A stretch of DNA of 64,000 nt, from positions 96,001-160,000 of the IMG/VR virus record IMGVR_UViG_3300024054_000008, one strand, 5' to 3'. Below the pieces are notes generated by a model, which did not search any database, had not been told where the DNA came from, and saw only the letters and a program-made list of their open reading frames with translations. The stretch is from a virus. This document shows positions 38,895 through 47,639 of the stretch, piece after piece. A program made the position numbers and the translations under genes. Position 1 is the first letter of the stretch, and each line of letters begins with the position of its first letter.

Positions 38895-39314
38895 TCAGTC
38901 TTCCATGTCGCCTTCTTCGGCTTCGAACGCGTACCCGTCTCGGTAGAGATAGTTGTGTTCGTACCCGGTGAACTCTTCTTGGTACAGGTGGGCAAGGACC
39001 GTGCACATCGTGTCCTGGAATAGGGCCCACCTGTAACCTTCTGCCTTCTTCTTGTCGACGACGTCACCATTTCGCATGAGCACTCCGTCTTCGGACAGTT
39101 CCCACACGACCCGACCTGGGGTGATTTGCACCATGCCGTCTTTGATGCCACCCCACGTCTCTTCCTCGGTCACTCGGAACGAGATCTTGCGATGATCGGC
39201 TGACAAGACCTCGTACGTTCGCCGCACGGACGCACTGGGGTGAACCGGCTTGATGTGACAGTATTCCTTGACCGATTTGACCTGGACCCCAACAATCTTC
39301 TTTGAATTGCGCAT
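38895..39314 (-). CDS. hypothetical protein
   Basis: GGAGGT SD and CGTA leader motif. Confidence 0.55.
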   Translation of the reverse strand: MRNSKKIVGVQVKSVKEYCHIKPVHPSASVRRTYEVLSADHRKISFRVTEEETWGGIKDGMVQITPGRVVWELSEDGVLMRNGDVVDKKKAEGYRWALFQDTMCTVLAHLYQEEFTGYEHNYLYRDGYAFEAEEGDMED

Positions 39315-39360
39315 GCACAACCTCCACCGGCCGATACGCTGACCAGCCAGTTGTTTTCGG

Positions 39361-39432
39361 TGGGCGGGACAGGTTTCGAACCTGCGACATCCGGCTTGTA
39401 AGGCCAGCGCTCTGCCGCTGAGCTACCCGCCC
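39361..39432 (-). tRNA. tRNA-Val(TAC)
   Basis: complete cloverleaf; anticodon loop CTTACAA; CCA not encoded. Confidence 0.92.
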
Positions 39433-39487
39433 AATTTTGGAACCTTATGGAAGGCTTCCAGGGCTACACCGTTACTGTATCATGAAA

Positions 39488-39726
39488 TGGCGGCCGACGC
39501 CCGACTCTCCCACGGAGCGTTCCACGGGTTAGGTTGCCCGCAGTCAGCTTTTCGCTTTCGCTTTATGCTAACTGCCTTTTACCGCTGGCCGGCCCCATCA
39601 AAACTGGATGCTTTTGTGGTCTTGGACACCGCAACGATCCGTCCTTGTGGTCAGACGAGCCAGGCACGGCCAAAGATTACGTCTTCGTCAACTTGCGCAC
39701 AACCTCCAATGTCCGATACGTCGGCC
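39488..39726 (-). ncRNA. candidate structured ncRNA of unknown class ending in GCCA
   Basis: closing stem GGCCGACG/CGTCGGCC-G-CCA; 9-bp GCAGTTAGC/GCTGACTGC hairpin containing GC-GAAA-GC; AGGTTG/CAACCT pairing; no credible ORF on this strand. Confidence 0.5.
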
Positions 39727-40046
39727 GTTTGGTTGTTTTCGGTGGACGAGACAGTTTGTCTGACCTGCGACACTTTCATGACTACACTGGCCAACCTACT
39801 TCATCGAGAAAATCAGTTTTTTCTTGATTATCTGTCCTCAGACTTTCTTCAACATCGGCTTCATGTTCGATTGGCAGGTCGAGAAGTTTGAGGCAAACAA
39901 AAGCCCTGGCAGCTGCTCTCATGTGGAATTCGTCTGGGTCACCCTTTGGGCCACCTGTCGCATCAAGAATGAGCAGATTCAACATCTTACCAACATCACG
40001 GGCAGTCACATTGTCGTGTTTCACACTATGCTCCTATGACTGCGCT

Positions 40047-40151
40047 TGGTGGCGCGGCGGGAGTTGAACCCGCCCTGCAAGTTCACCTTTCACGTACTCA
40101 GTCGGCGAAAACCTTTCCGATCGAGATTCGCCGCCTTGCAGCCGAAGCCCC
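40047..40151 (-). ncRNA. tRNA-like element: T arm plus ACCA 3' end with an atypical upstream structure
   Basis: GCGGG-TTCAACT-CCCGC-CGCGCC-A-CCA; CTGCAAG/CTTGCAG and GGCGAA/TTCGCC stems. Confidence 0.4.
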
Positions 40152-40348
40152 GGACAGAAGATTTTACGCTCAGGAAGGTTCGACTTCCTCGATACTGAGT
40201 GTCTCACCTTTGACCCAAATGACATCTGGCAGGGCCCCTGTTTGTCCCTTCTCTACCAGACAAATCTCATACGCTACGCAGTCCACTTCACGAATATTCA
40301 AATCATCGGGAACGTTGGCTTCAAATTTCACAACTACGCGAACATGTT

Positions 40349-40675
40349 TCATCTCGACCACGATTCTTTGTATGGAAGACCCGTCAACCCGGCCTGGCTG
40401 GCAAAATCCGCCAGCTCTTCTGGCGTCAGAACATCGTGAATGTTCCACGTCATTTGGATGTTACCTTGGTTCTTGATGATTTCACGAACTGCATTACCAA
40501 TTGCCCAATGAGCATTTGGCCATCCTCGCCCCCATGTATCCGGATACTCTTGCATAATGCCAAGCGTCCGGTCGAGAACAGCCTTTTGACCAACGAGCCT
40601 GACCGCCTCATCCCAATACTTTAGACCACATCGACGGTCAACTAGCATGCGTTCACGAGTCATCTTTGCCATCAT
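40349..40675 (-). CDS. hypothetical protein
   Basis: ORF track; operon overlap. Confidence 0.5.
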   Translation of the reverse strand: MMAKMTRERMLVDRRCGLKYWDEAVRLVGQKAVLDRTLGIMQEYPDTWGRGWPNAHWAIGNAVREIIKNQGNIQMTWNIHDVLTPEELADFASQAGLTGLPYKESWSR

Positions 40676-40887
40676 TCACCTGAGCATTTTGAATTGCACT
40701 CCATCCCGCAATACCGGTGCCAATCAGTTTCGCAAGTTTCCTTCACGCAAGTGTCGAAACACTCAGCTTCGAGCTGTTCCTGCGTCTTGGGTGGTGGCGT
40801 ATATTCCCAAAATATGGCAACAGGTTTGGGCGCTGGCTGCCTAGCGCAACCAACGCCCAAAACTGCTGCGAAGAGAAGACGCTTCAT
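40672..40887 (-). CDS. small Cys-rich lipoprotein
   Basis: MKRLLFAAVLGVGC lipobox-like N-terminus; six further Cys. Confidence 0.55.
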   Translation of the reverse strand: MKRLLFAAVLGVGCARQPAPKPVAIFWEYTPPPKTQEQLEAECFDTCVKETCETDWHRYCGMECNSKCSGE

Positions 40888-41317
40888 CGGTTCGTCAACA
40901 GGTCGTGCAGAGCCTCGCCTGCCGCTACGCGCTTCTCAGCTTCAGTTACGAAGCTTGAGCATTTCCCAGGTTGACCCGGATACGGGTCGGTTTTGAACCG
41001 ACCCTTCCGGTCGCGCTTGCTCACTTCAGCATCCCATTTGCAACGGTCGTCGGCAGACTCGATCTCTGCACGACAACCGTAACAGCAACCAGTGCCGCTG
41101 TGGTGGGAAGCTTCGTTGTGTCCGCAAGCGCAGATCACTTTTCACCAAGCGCAGCGCATTCCTGGCCCGGTCTCGTTGAGTTGACTGCGATAGCAGTCCA
41201 CGAGCGTTCCAGCGGGCTCACCCCACGGCGAGCCCCTAGTGAGACGGACGGTAACGTGGTCGTTTTGCGGGTCGTTTGCGAAATACGCGACCCTGACCAC
41301 AATGCCGTCGTACACTT

Positions 41318-41515
41318 TCACGCGCCTTCCTTCGGCTTCGGCTCGTTGACGGTGAACTTGACGTACACCGGGGCTTCCGTCTCTCCCTCGGACGGGACGT
41401 TGACGATGCAGACGAGCTGGAAGAGACCGAGGCGGATCGAGAACGTGATGATCTCGGCTCCGACCTTGTTCTCCTTCAGGCGACCGGTGACGACGATCTG
41501 GGGGTCGATGTTCAT
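41318..41515 (-). CDS. GC-rich small protein, paralog of 58433-58621
   Basis: DPQI...IRLG.FQLVCI.N.P.EG..EAPVYVKF shared. Confidence 0.7.
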   Translation of the reverse strand: MNIDPQIVVTGRLKENKVGAEIITFSIRLGLFQLVCIVNVPSEGETEAPVYVKFTVNEPKPKEGA

Positions 41516-42731
41516 GACAGTTGTTCCTTCTCTCAGTTTGGGTTCAAGTGGGCTGAATCGCCCACCAATCTGTACGCTGGCCGACGGCGACTTTCCGGTT
41601 GTTGGATGCGGCTGTCAGACCTATGACCTCCTTACTCGGCCTGCTCTTTCAGAAGCTCCTTGCCGTGACGACGAATGGCCCTGGAAGTCTGGCGCTTGGC
41701 CCACTTCTTGGCGGTCCAGGTCGTGGAGTAAGTGTCGAGATGACCGTCTCGGAAGACGTAGCAAACCTCCGAGGTGTAGCGACCACGGCTCCAAGAGGTG
41801 AGGTATTCGTCAACCCACTCTTTGGTGTCAGAGGTCACCGTCGAAACCTTGAGAAAAGGGGTGGAACGGACAGTGCGGCTCATGTGGCTGAGTACTCCGG
41901 ACGCAGCGCGGCTTCCGTTAATTAGATCATATTCAAAAATTCTTACATTGACCGGAGCTGACAGCGCGGCGCACGTACCGAGTGTGGAGGTTGCGCATGA
42001 TCACGTTGAGTTTCTCCACTCTTGCCCGCACGTCGCAGCAGCACCGCATCGTCTACCAGATCGTCAGCGGTCGAAGCCAGCCGCTGAACGTTGGCGCCGA
42101 CGTTCTTGCCAAGCCGCACCACGGCAAGTTCGAGGTTCTGGAAGTGGAGCCTCTGACGCTTGCGGGGCAGCTCTTCTTGAGCTTGCTCAAGGCCGGCGGA
42201 TGACAGTCTTCAAAGAAACCGACCCGTTGCTCCCAACGGAAACGCTCTCGTTCGAGAAGTACGTGAAGTTCGTGCATCGGCTGGAGTACCAGCGCGAGTT
42301 CTTCAAAAATGCGAAACTCAAAGCGGAAACACGAGCGCGAAAGAACCAGGCTCGAACGGCGTCGAGAAGCCGAGCATAAGCTCGAAGCCAAGACACACGA
42401 CCGAATGGAAATCATACATTTCAAAGGTTGTGTTTACCGGGTGTTCCGGTTCACGGACGGCACGTTCGGTTTCAAGCGAGCCGGTCGTTGGCTGTGGTAC
42501 ACGAACAGCACGACCGCAGCACTCCGTTCAAAAGCTAAGAAGCATTTCGACAACGACGACATCAGAGAACTTTTGGACGCATGATCCGCCGACCGGAAAC
42601 CGAACAGCGGCGTACGTACAGGAGACAACAGCGGGCCCGACCCCCGACCGAAGTAGGAGGCAGCAACGTGAAAAACAAAAGCTTGGGTGAAGACGTGCGG
42701 GTTGCGCCCGCGAGATAGCAACGGCACGCAG

Positions 42732-42760
42732 GCCCCCGTATCCCCCTTGGATACGGGGGC
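42732..42760. terminator. 12-bp GC-rich hairpin
   Basis: GCCCCCGTATCC/GGATACGGGGGC. Confidence 0.4.
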
Positions 42761-43197
42761 TCATGCGTATCTACCACCAAACGGAGGCGTGTGACGGGTT
42801 GTCGTATCCTGGCCCGGAGGTGCGCGATGGTTTTCCCTGAGTATTCTTCGATCGAGTCCTTTGTGGAGTTCTGCTTGGACGACGACGTCACCGAGTTCTC
42901 GCATGAAGATTTGGTAGAACTCAACCGATATCTCCACATCCCTATTCACAAATTGAGGGAGATGCTCGAAACCTACGGCATGAGCTTGAAAGAACGACAG
43001 GTGCCTCGACAGGTTCGTGGCTTTAGAACAAGTTCACATGACCGCTGGTTCGGACCAGGGTCTTGCAAGACCCACGGCGGGTCGGCATTTGGCCAAATGA
43101 TGGTCTCAAAATACGGATCAAAAGACACGCCGTTTGGCTGATCTTTGCTAGACCGGAACTGGGCGTTTGTGACCTCCAGATTTCCGAATTGTTCAGA

Positions 43198-43875
43198 TTA
43201 CAACTCACCCAATTGACGGACGAGCTGTTCTTTCAAGAGCTTCTTTTTAAATCCGGGTCGCTTCTTCTCTAGCATTGGAAGAAGTTCGTTGCGAACCCAA
43301 ACCCGTAGGTATTTTGGATCACTATTGGATGGGTCTGTGGCATATGGCACAGACCATCGCTTCAGATATCGCATGATTTCTTCACGCGTGACATTGAGCA
43401 AAGGCCGGAAAACCGGAATTTCGTTCACCGGTGTGTGAAGCCGTCTAATTGTTTTCAGATTTCCTTCTCGGATAAGCCCGATGAGAAGATTCTCTGCCTT
43501 GTCATCTTCAGTGTGCGCGGTAACAATTACCGCGTGAGAAAGGCCTCGGGCCGCGGTTCTCAACGCTTCGTAACGGGCCTCACGCGCACGTGCCTGCAAG
43601 TTCGGACCTTTGGCAACTTTGATTTTCACGCGACGGAACGGAACACCAATTGACTTGGCCAAGTTCTCGGCCAAGTCAAGCTCCTCGTTAGCTTCAGGTC
43701 GCAAACCATGATTGACACCAACGGCAATACATCTAGATGGTCCAACAATATGTGGTATAGATTTGAGCAAACACTGAGAATCAGGACCGCCACTAACCGC
43801 AAGCACGAAAGTCTGGTGCTTTAGTTCCCAAGGCAATGCTAGAAGCGCATCTTTGATTTTGTTATTGATGCTCAT
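43198..43875 (-). CDS. tilS: tRNA(Ile)-lysidine synthetase, minimal form with the catalytic domain only
   Basis: AVSGGPDS PP-loop, VNHGLR, REARYEAL, AHTEDD, RPLL and DPSN...LRVWVR. Confidence 0.9.
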   Translation of the reverse strand: MSINNKIKDALLALPWELKHQTFVLAVSGGPDSQCLLKSIPHIVGPSRCIAVGVNHGLRPEANEELDLAENLAKSIGVPFRRVKIKVAKGPNLQARAREARYEALRTAARGLSHAVIVTAHTEDDKAENLLIGLIREGNLKTIRRLHTPVNEIPVFRPLLNVTREEIMRYLKRWSVPYATDPSNSDPKYLRVWVRNELLPMLEKKRPGFKKKLLKEQLVRQLGEL

Positions 43876-43877
43876 TA

Positions 43878-44300
43878 TCAGTCCACAATGAGACTCCAAG
43901 CGATGACCTGTTCGTCATCTGGAGTCGTCACAACTTCGATCCTGAAGTTGTCGCCAAATTCGTTGTTTGGAACGAACCTACGCAACCAACATCTTTCGGC
44001 TTGTTTGGTATCTGACGCAGTTTTCTTGAGCAAATCATCGTCGCACCAACCGGCAACGTCAGTGAGCCAGCCAAACTCAACCGGTTGGTTATTCTTGTAA
44101 TCGTACTTTGTACAAAGAAGACCTGGCCATTCTTCCTTGAGGCGCTCTTTGCTTTCACGCTTCCACTGTTTGGTGTCACACCAATCATCCCAATGAATGA
44201 CTGTGTTTTCGACGAACGCGCTGTTCAAATAGTTTTTGATTTCGGGCGTGTTGATCCACCCAGCCATCAACTCACGAAGTTTCTCAGTCGAGAGTTTCAT
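43878..44300 (-). CDS. hypothetical protein
   Basis: ORF track. Confidence 0.5.
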   Translation of the reverse strand: MKLSTEKLRELMAGWINTPEIKNYLNSAFVENTVIHWDDWCDTKQWKRESKERLKEEWPGLLCTKYDYKNNQPVEFGWLTDVAGWCDDDLLKKTASDTKQAERCWLRRFVPNNEFGDNFRIEVVTTPDDEQVIAWSLIVD

Positions 44301-44581
44301 TTGAGCGCATCCTCTATTGCTTGGAGAAGTTCGAACGCCGGTTTTGCCTTGGATTCTGTTTCGAACCCGTCTGGGAGATTGAAATCGATTTCGTTGTCAT
44401 CACCAGAGACGTCAATTGTGACGCCGCGATTGTTTTCGAAATCTTCGATGACAGATTCGGTCTTTTCAAGCACCTCATCGTACGACAAATTATAATTGAA
44501 ATCCGAAGTCAACGTTCTTCGAACATCATTTTCATCGTCATTGAGATAGGTCACGATGAGTTTCATGTTTCCTCTGTACGT

Positions 44582-44845
44582 TCAGGATTCCAGGACTTCC
44601 TGCGTGTAGTCTTCACTGTGATCATTGTAACAAAGTTTGTATTCGAAAACGGGCGGAAAGTCGTGGATTGGGCCGCCGTCTGAGACGTCGACCATCTCAT
44701 AAACTCGATCTGGAAACTCTTTGTCAGTCACCAGAGTTTCGTATGGTACTCGATCTACCCTGAGACCGAGTTTCTCCATCAAGTCCCAAACTTTCTGGAG
44801 CTTCACCATCGTTGGATGGTTGTCTCTCAACCGCATACGCTTCAT
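44582..44845 (-). CDS. hypothetical protein with the shared C-terminal motif (QEVLES)
   Basis: ORF track. Confidence 0.55.
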   Translation of the reverse strand: MKRMRLRDNHPTMVKLQKVWDLMEKLGLRVDRVPYETLVTDKEFPDRVYEMVDVSDGGPIHDFPPVFEYKLCYNDHSEDYTQEVLES

Positions 44846-45177
44846 TGGTCTCCATCCAGTTTGGAGATTTTCACGAACTTGGTGTTCTTTGCAAAGTCAG
44901 CTATCGCCGTCCAGGGTTTTTTAAATGGCCGAGTTGCAACGCGGTCCGGCTTGCCACTTTGTGCGAGATTGGAAAACGACGAGTAAACCCTTGGGTAACA
45001 TTCGGAACAAATGCCCAAAACGCTCCCATTTTTAAAACATTTCAGTTTTCCATCAAGAAACAACACGTAAACTGAATCGTCCAAACGGTGGCCCTGGTTT
45101 GCCCGGACGTTGGTTGTCATGCACGGGCAGAGAAGTACGACTTGACCGTATTTGGCCACAAACTCATTGAGATTCAT
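44842..45177 (-). CDS. LxEFxxKYG paralog family protein
   Basis: MNLNEFVAKYGQVVLLC...CSEC. Confidence 0.55.
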   Translation of the reverse strand: MNLNEFVAKYGQVVLLCPCMTTNVRANQGHRLDDSVYVLFLDGKLKCFKNGSVLGICSECYPRVYSSFSNLAQSGKPDRVATRPFKKPWTAIADFAKNTKFVKISKLDGDQ

Positions 45178-45393
45178 GTGTGTGCCCCATCAGTTCTGAG
45201 CGCTTCTTTCTCTTCGAGACGCTTGGCTCTCCGGTTCAGGTACTTCTTGATGCGCCGTGTGACTTTGCTCGGCCCGTGGGGAAAGAGACGGCTGGACACG
45301 GTCCCACCATCCTCGAAATTGGCAATCTTCTTGTAATTGCTCATGTATCCACCTATGTTCAGTACGTCCGGAGCGGGCCGAGCTTCGTTTTAT

Positions 45394-45729
45394 CTAAGAT
45401 GCAAAAATTGACAACGTCTTCAAAAAATCTTCAGTCAGATCGCAAATTGGAACAAACATCGTGTCACGTGAATATTCATGTACGACTAGTTTATTGCGTG
45501 CTGCTACTCTGTCAACTGCTACTCTGTCAAATAGCGACTTCATTTTTGGCATACACAGAAGACAAACAGCTTTCACGCAACCATCTTTAGTCAATTGGAT
45601 TTCACCCTTTGATGTGTGAACGAGAATGAAAATATCGTTGTTAATCTCATGATGTGAAATCACGAGTTGTGTTTTAGAACACACCAATTCGACTTTTCCG
45701 AACTTGGCCTCGAATTCATTAAGTTTCAT
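45394..45729 (-). CDS. LxEFxxKYG paralog family protein
   Basis: MKLNEFEAKFGKVELVC...CLLC. Confidence 0.55.
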   Translation of the reverse strand: MKLNEFEAKFGKVELVCSKTQLVISHHEINNDIFILVHTSKGEIQLTKDGCVKAVCLLCMPKMKSLFDRVAVDRVAARNKLVVHEYSRDTMFVPICDLTEDFLKTLSIFAS

Positions 45730-45950
45730 GCTTCGAGCATCTCCGAAACATCATTTAGTTTATTGGCTTCGCAGCAGGCCTCCAAGTAAGTGTACAGAGA
45801 ACCAACCACGTACTCGCTGGATGTAAGAAGATGACCTTCGATGACTGGTCTGTGATGACCAGATCGGTCAACGACCACGTACCAGCACTTCTTTGGTATG
45901 TAGGGCTTTGTCCTAATAGGAACGTTTCCTATCATTCTTGCACAACATTG

Positions 45951-46034
45951 TGGGCCAGGTGGGACTCGAACCCACAAACCCGAGGGTGGTAGTTTATGAG
46001 ACTACTGCGTTTGAACCTGTTCCGCCACTGGCCC
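45951..46034 (-). tRNA. tRNA with CAT anticodon and long variable arm, probably Ile2 (lysidine)
   Basis: acceptor GGGCCAG/CTGGCCC with C4-G69 and C5-G68, A73; loop CTCATAA; 13-nt variable arm; tilS nearby. Confidence 0.8.
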
Positions 46035-46063
46035 ATTAGACTATACAGTTAACACGCTATGGT

Positions 46064-46363
46064 TTACGCATTCAGCACTTGATTTGCTTTGAACTCCGCC
46101 CAAGTCACTTCCTTGACTTTCTGGTCGAAAATCAAGAAGACTCTGTCGCTCGTGACACTTGGTGAGTCTAAAACTTTTCCAGTAATGAATTCAACGCCAG
46201 GTTTAAGCCATGAAGCGTCGTAAACTTTCTGAGCCGTTTCTTCTGAAATCTCAGCGACTTTGTACCAACGCCAAATCGACCCAGGCAGATGATCTTTTTT
46301 AAGATTTAAGACGATGTGAAAGCTTACCTTTGGTTTCGGTTGTGTCACTCGCGCCTCTGGCAA
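46064..46363 (-). CDS. hypothetical protein inside the tRNA array (ends NQVLNA)
   Basis: ORF track. Confidence 0.45.
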   Translation of the reverse strand: MPEARVTQPKPKVSFHIVLNLKKDHLPGSIWRWYKVAEISEETAQKVYDASWLKPGVEFITGKVLDSPSVTSDRVFLIFDQKVKEVTWAEFKANQVLNA

Positions 46364-46406
46364 TGGTACGTCGGGCCGGGCTCGGTTTGCGTTTGTCGGA
46401 AATTTG

Positions 46407-46477
46407 TTGGGGCACTAGGATTCGAACCTAGATTCGAGGCTCCAAAGGCCTCTGTTCTGCCATTGAACTATGCCCCA
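46407..46477 (-). tRNA. tRNA-Gln(TTG)
   Basis: TGGGGCA/TGCCCCA acceptor; loop CTTTGGA. Confidence 0.9.
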
Positions 46478-46482
46478 AATTG

Positions 46483-46557
46483 TCGGAGTGGAGGGATTTG
46501 AACCCACGGTCCTCTCGGACCCAAACCGAGCGCTCTGCCAGACTGAGCTACACTCCG
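46483..46557 (-). tRNA. tRNA-Pro(TGG)
   Basis: CGGAGTG/CACTCCG acceptor; loop TTTGGGT. Confidence 0.92.
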
Positions 46558-46561
46558 ATAG

Positions 46562-46633
46562 AGCCCTATAGCGGACTTGCGCCGCTCTCTGAGGTTTACA
46601 AAACCACTGCATCGCTATCTATGCTTATAGGGC
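46562..46633 (-). tRNA. tRNA-Thr(TGT), atypical T loop
   Basis: GCCCTAT/ATAGGGC acceptor; loop TTTGTAA; T loop CGCAAGT. Confidence 0.8.
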
Positions 46634-46637
46634 TTAG

Positions 46638-46710
46638 CACCCCCAGAGAGATTCGAACTCCCGACCAAAAGGTTAGAAACCTTCTGCTCTTTCCACTGAG
46701 CTATGGGGGC
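46638..46710 (-). tRNA. tRNA-Arg(TCT)
   Basis: GCCCCCA/TGGGGGT acceptor; loop TTTCTAA. Confidence 0.92.
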
Positions 46711-46772
46711 AAACTGAAGCGGGCGCCACCCGCGTGCTGTAGTCGACACACCTCCTTTCAGTTCATTAGAGT

Positions 46773-47459
46773 TTAAGAATCTTTTTTATCTTTGACTATC
46801 TTATCCAGTGCTTCATTTTCAGTTTCTGACAAGAATTTGCGAACTTCGCTCAAATCAGGTTTCGATTTGAGCCAAATACTCAAAATGTCCGGAGCGTCTT
46901 TTGCTTCGCGGCTTGGATTGTTTACCAAGGCCTGGACTTTGAGCCCAATCAGCGCGGCTGCTGAAACTACCGGGACTTTATGCCCGAGAACCATGTGCTC
47001 TTCAGCTGTTGACAATGCCAATTGTTTGAGTGGGTCAGTTGCGGTCAACAATTCGACTTGGCCGTTCTTTCGATGGTCGATAGTCAGGACTGTCCCAGTG
47101 CTTGATTTTGCTTTGTAAAAAGCAAATTTTTCCATGTATCGTGGGTCGCTGAGTTTGTCAGACGGTGGCAACTCTGAGACCAGAACGTCAATGTCGTCGG
47201 TGTTACGGATTACGCCATGAATAATCAATGCAACAGCGCCAATAACAGCAAAATCAATTTGATTGTCCTTCAAAAGATTTGACAAACCAGACATCACAGA
47301 TGATTCTGGGACTGAACCATGTAAAGAACGACCACGAAGTTCGTGCACAGCTTCAATGATTTCGTCAGCTTCTTTTTCGTGTCCATAGTCGTCAGCAATC
47401 TTGTGAGCAATCCGCACAAGGTTTTGCATCAACTCTGAGCTGTTTCTGAATTCAGTCAC
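46773..47459 (-). CDS. nucleotidyltransferase (AbiEii/DUF6036-like fold) embedded in the tRNA array
   Basis: FAVIGAVAL...RNTDDIDVLV (GG-like...DxD), LIGLK and KDAPDI motifs. Confidence 0.7.
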   Translation of the reverse strand: MTEFRNSSELMQNLVRIAHKIADDYGHEKEADEIIEAVHELRGRSLHGSVPESSVMSGLSNLLKDNQIDFAVIGAVALIIHGVIRNTDDIDVLVSELPPSDKLSDPRYMEKFAFYKAKSSTGTVLTIDHRKNGQVELLTATDPLKQLALSTAEEHMVLGHKVPVVSAAALIGLKVQALVNNPSREAKDAPDILSIWLKSKPDLSEVRKFLSETENEALDKIVKDKKDS

Positions 47460-47474
47460 GTCGAACTCATTTTG

Positions 47475-47559
47475 CGGAGAATGAGGGATTCGAACCCCCG
47501 GTACGTTGCCGTACGGCGGTTTTCAAAACCGCTGCCTTAGACCACTCGGCCAATTCTCC
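47475..47559 (-). tRNA. tRNA-Ser(TGA)
   Basis: GGAGAAT/ATTCTCC acceptor; long variable arm; loop TTTGAAA; G73. Confidence 0.92.
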
Positions 47560-47560
47560 G

Positions 47561-47632
47561 TGACCCCAGCGAGAATCGAACTCGCCTTTACGGGATGAAA
47601 ACCCGTTGTCCTGACCGATAGACGATGGGGCC
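47561..47632 (-). tRNA. tRNA-Glu(TTC)
   Basis: GGCCCCA/TGGGGTC acceptor; loop TTTTCAT. Confidence 0.9.
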
Positions 47633-47639
47633 GTGTATA

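Noticed and set aside
39488-39726. Assignment to GOLLD, ROOL, 6S, RNase P or SRP RNA
   Set aside because: I could not match their hallmark motifs by eye; left unclassified pending an Rfam search.
40088-40101. Hammerhead ribozyme core (CTGAGTA...GAAA on the minus strand)
   Set aside because: It does not match CUGANGA, and the required stems are missing.
40047-40151. tmRNA, one-piece or two-piece
   Set aside because: No G3-U70 alanine pair, the upstream GGGGC does not pair with the 3' strand, and there is no room for a tag reading frame.
40971-41801. Long + strand ORF (276 aa); similar cases at 34897-35562 (-), 53401-54069 (+) and 50682-51158 (-)
   Set aside because: Shadow frames opposite GC-rich real genes that have SD or leader motifs and paralogs; no recognisable domains.
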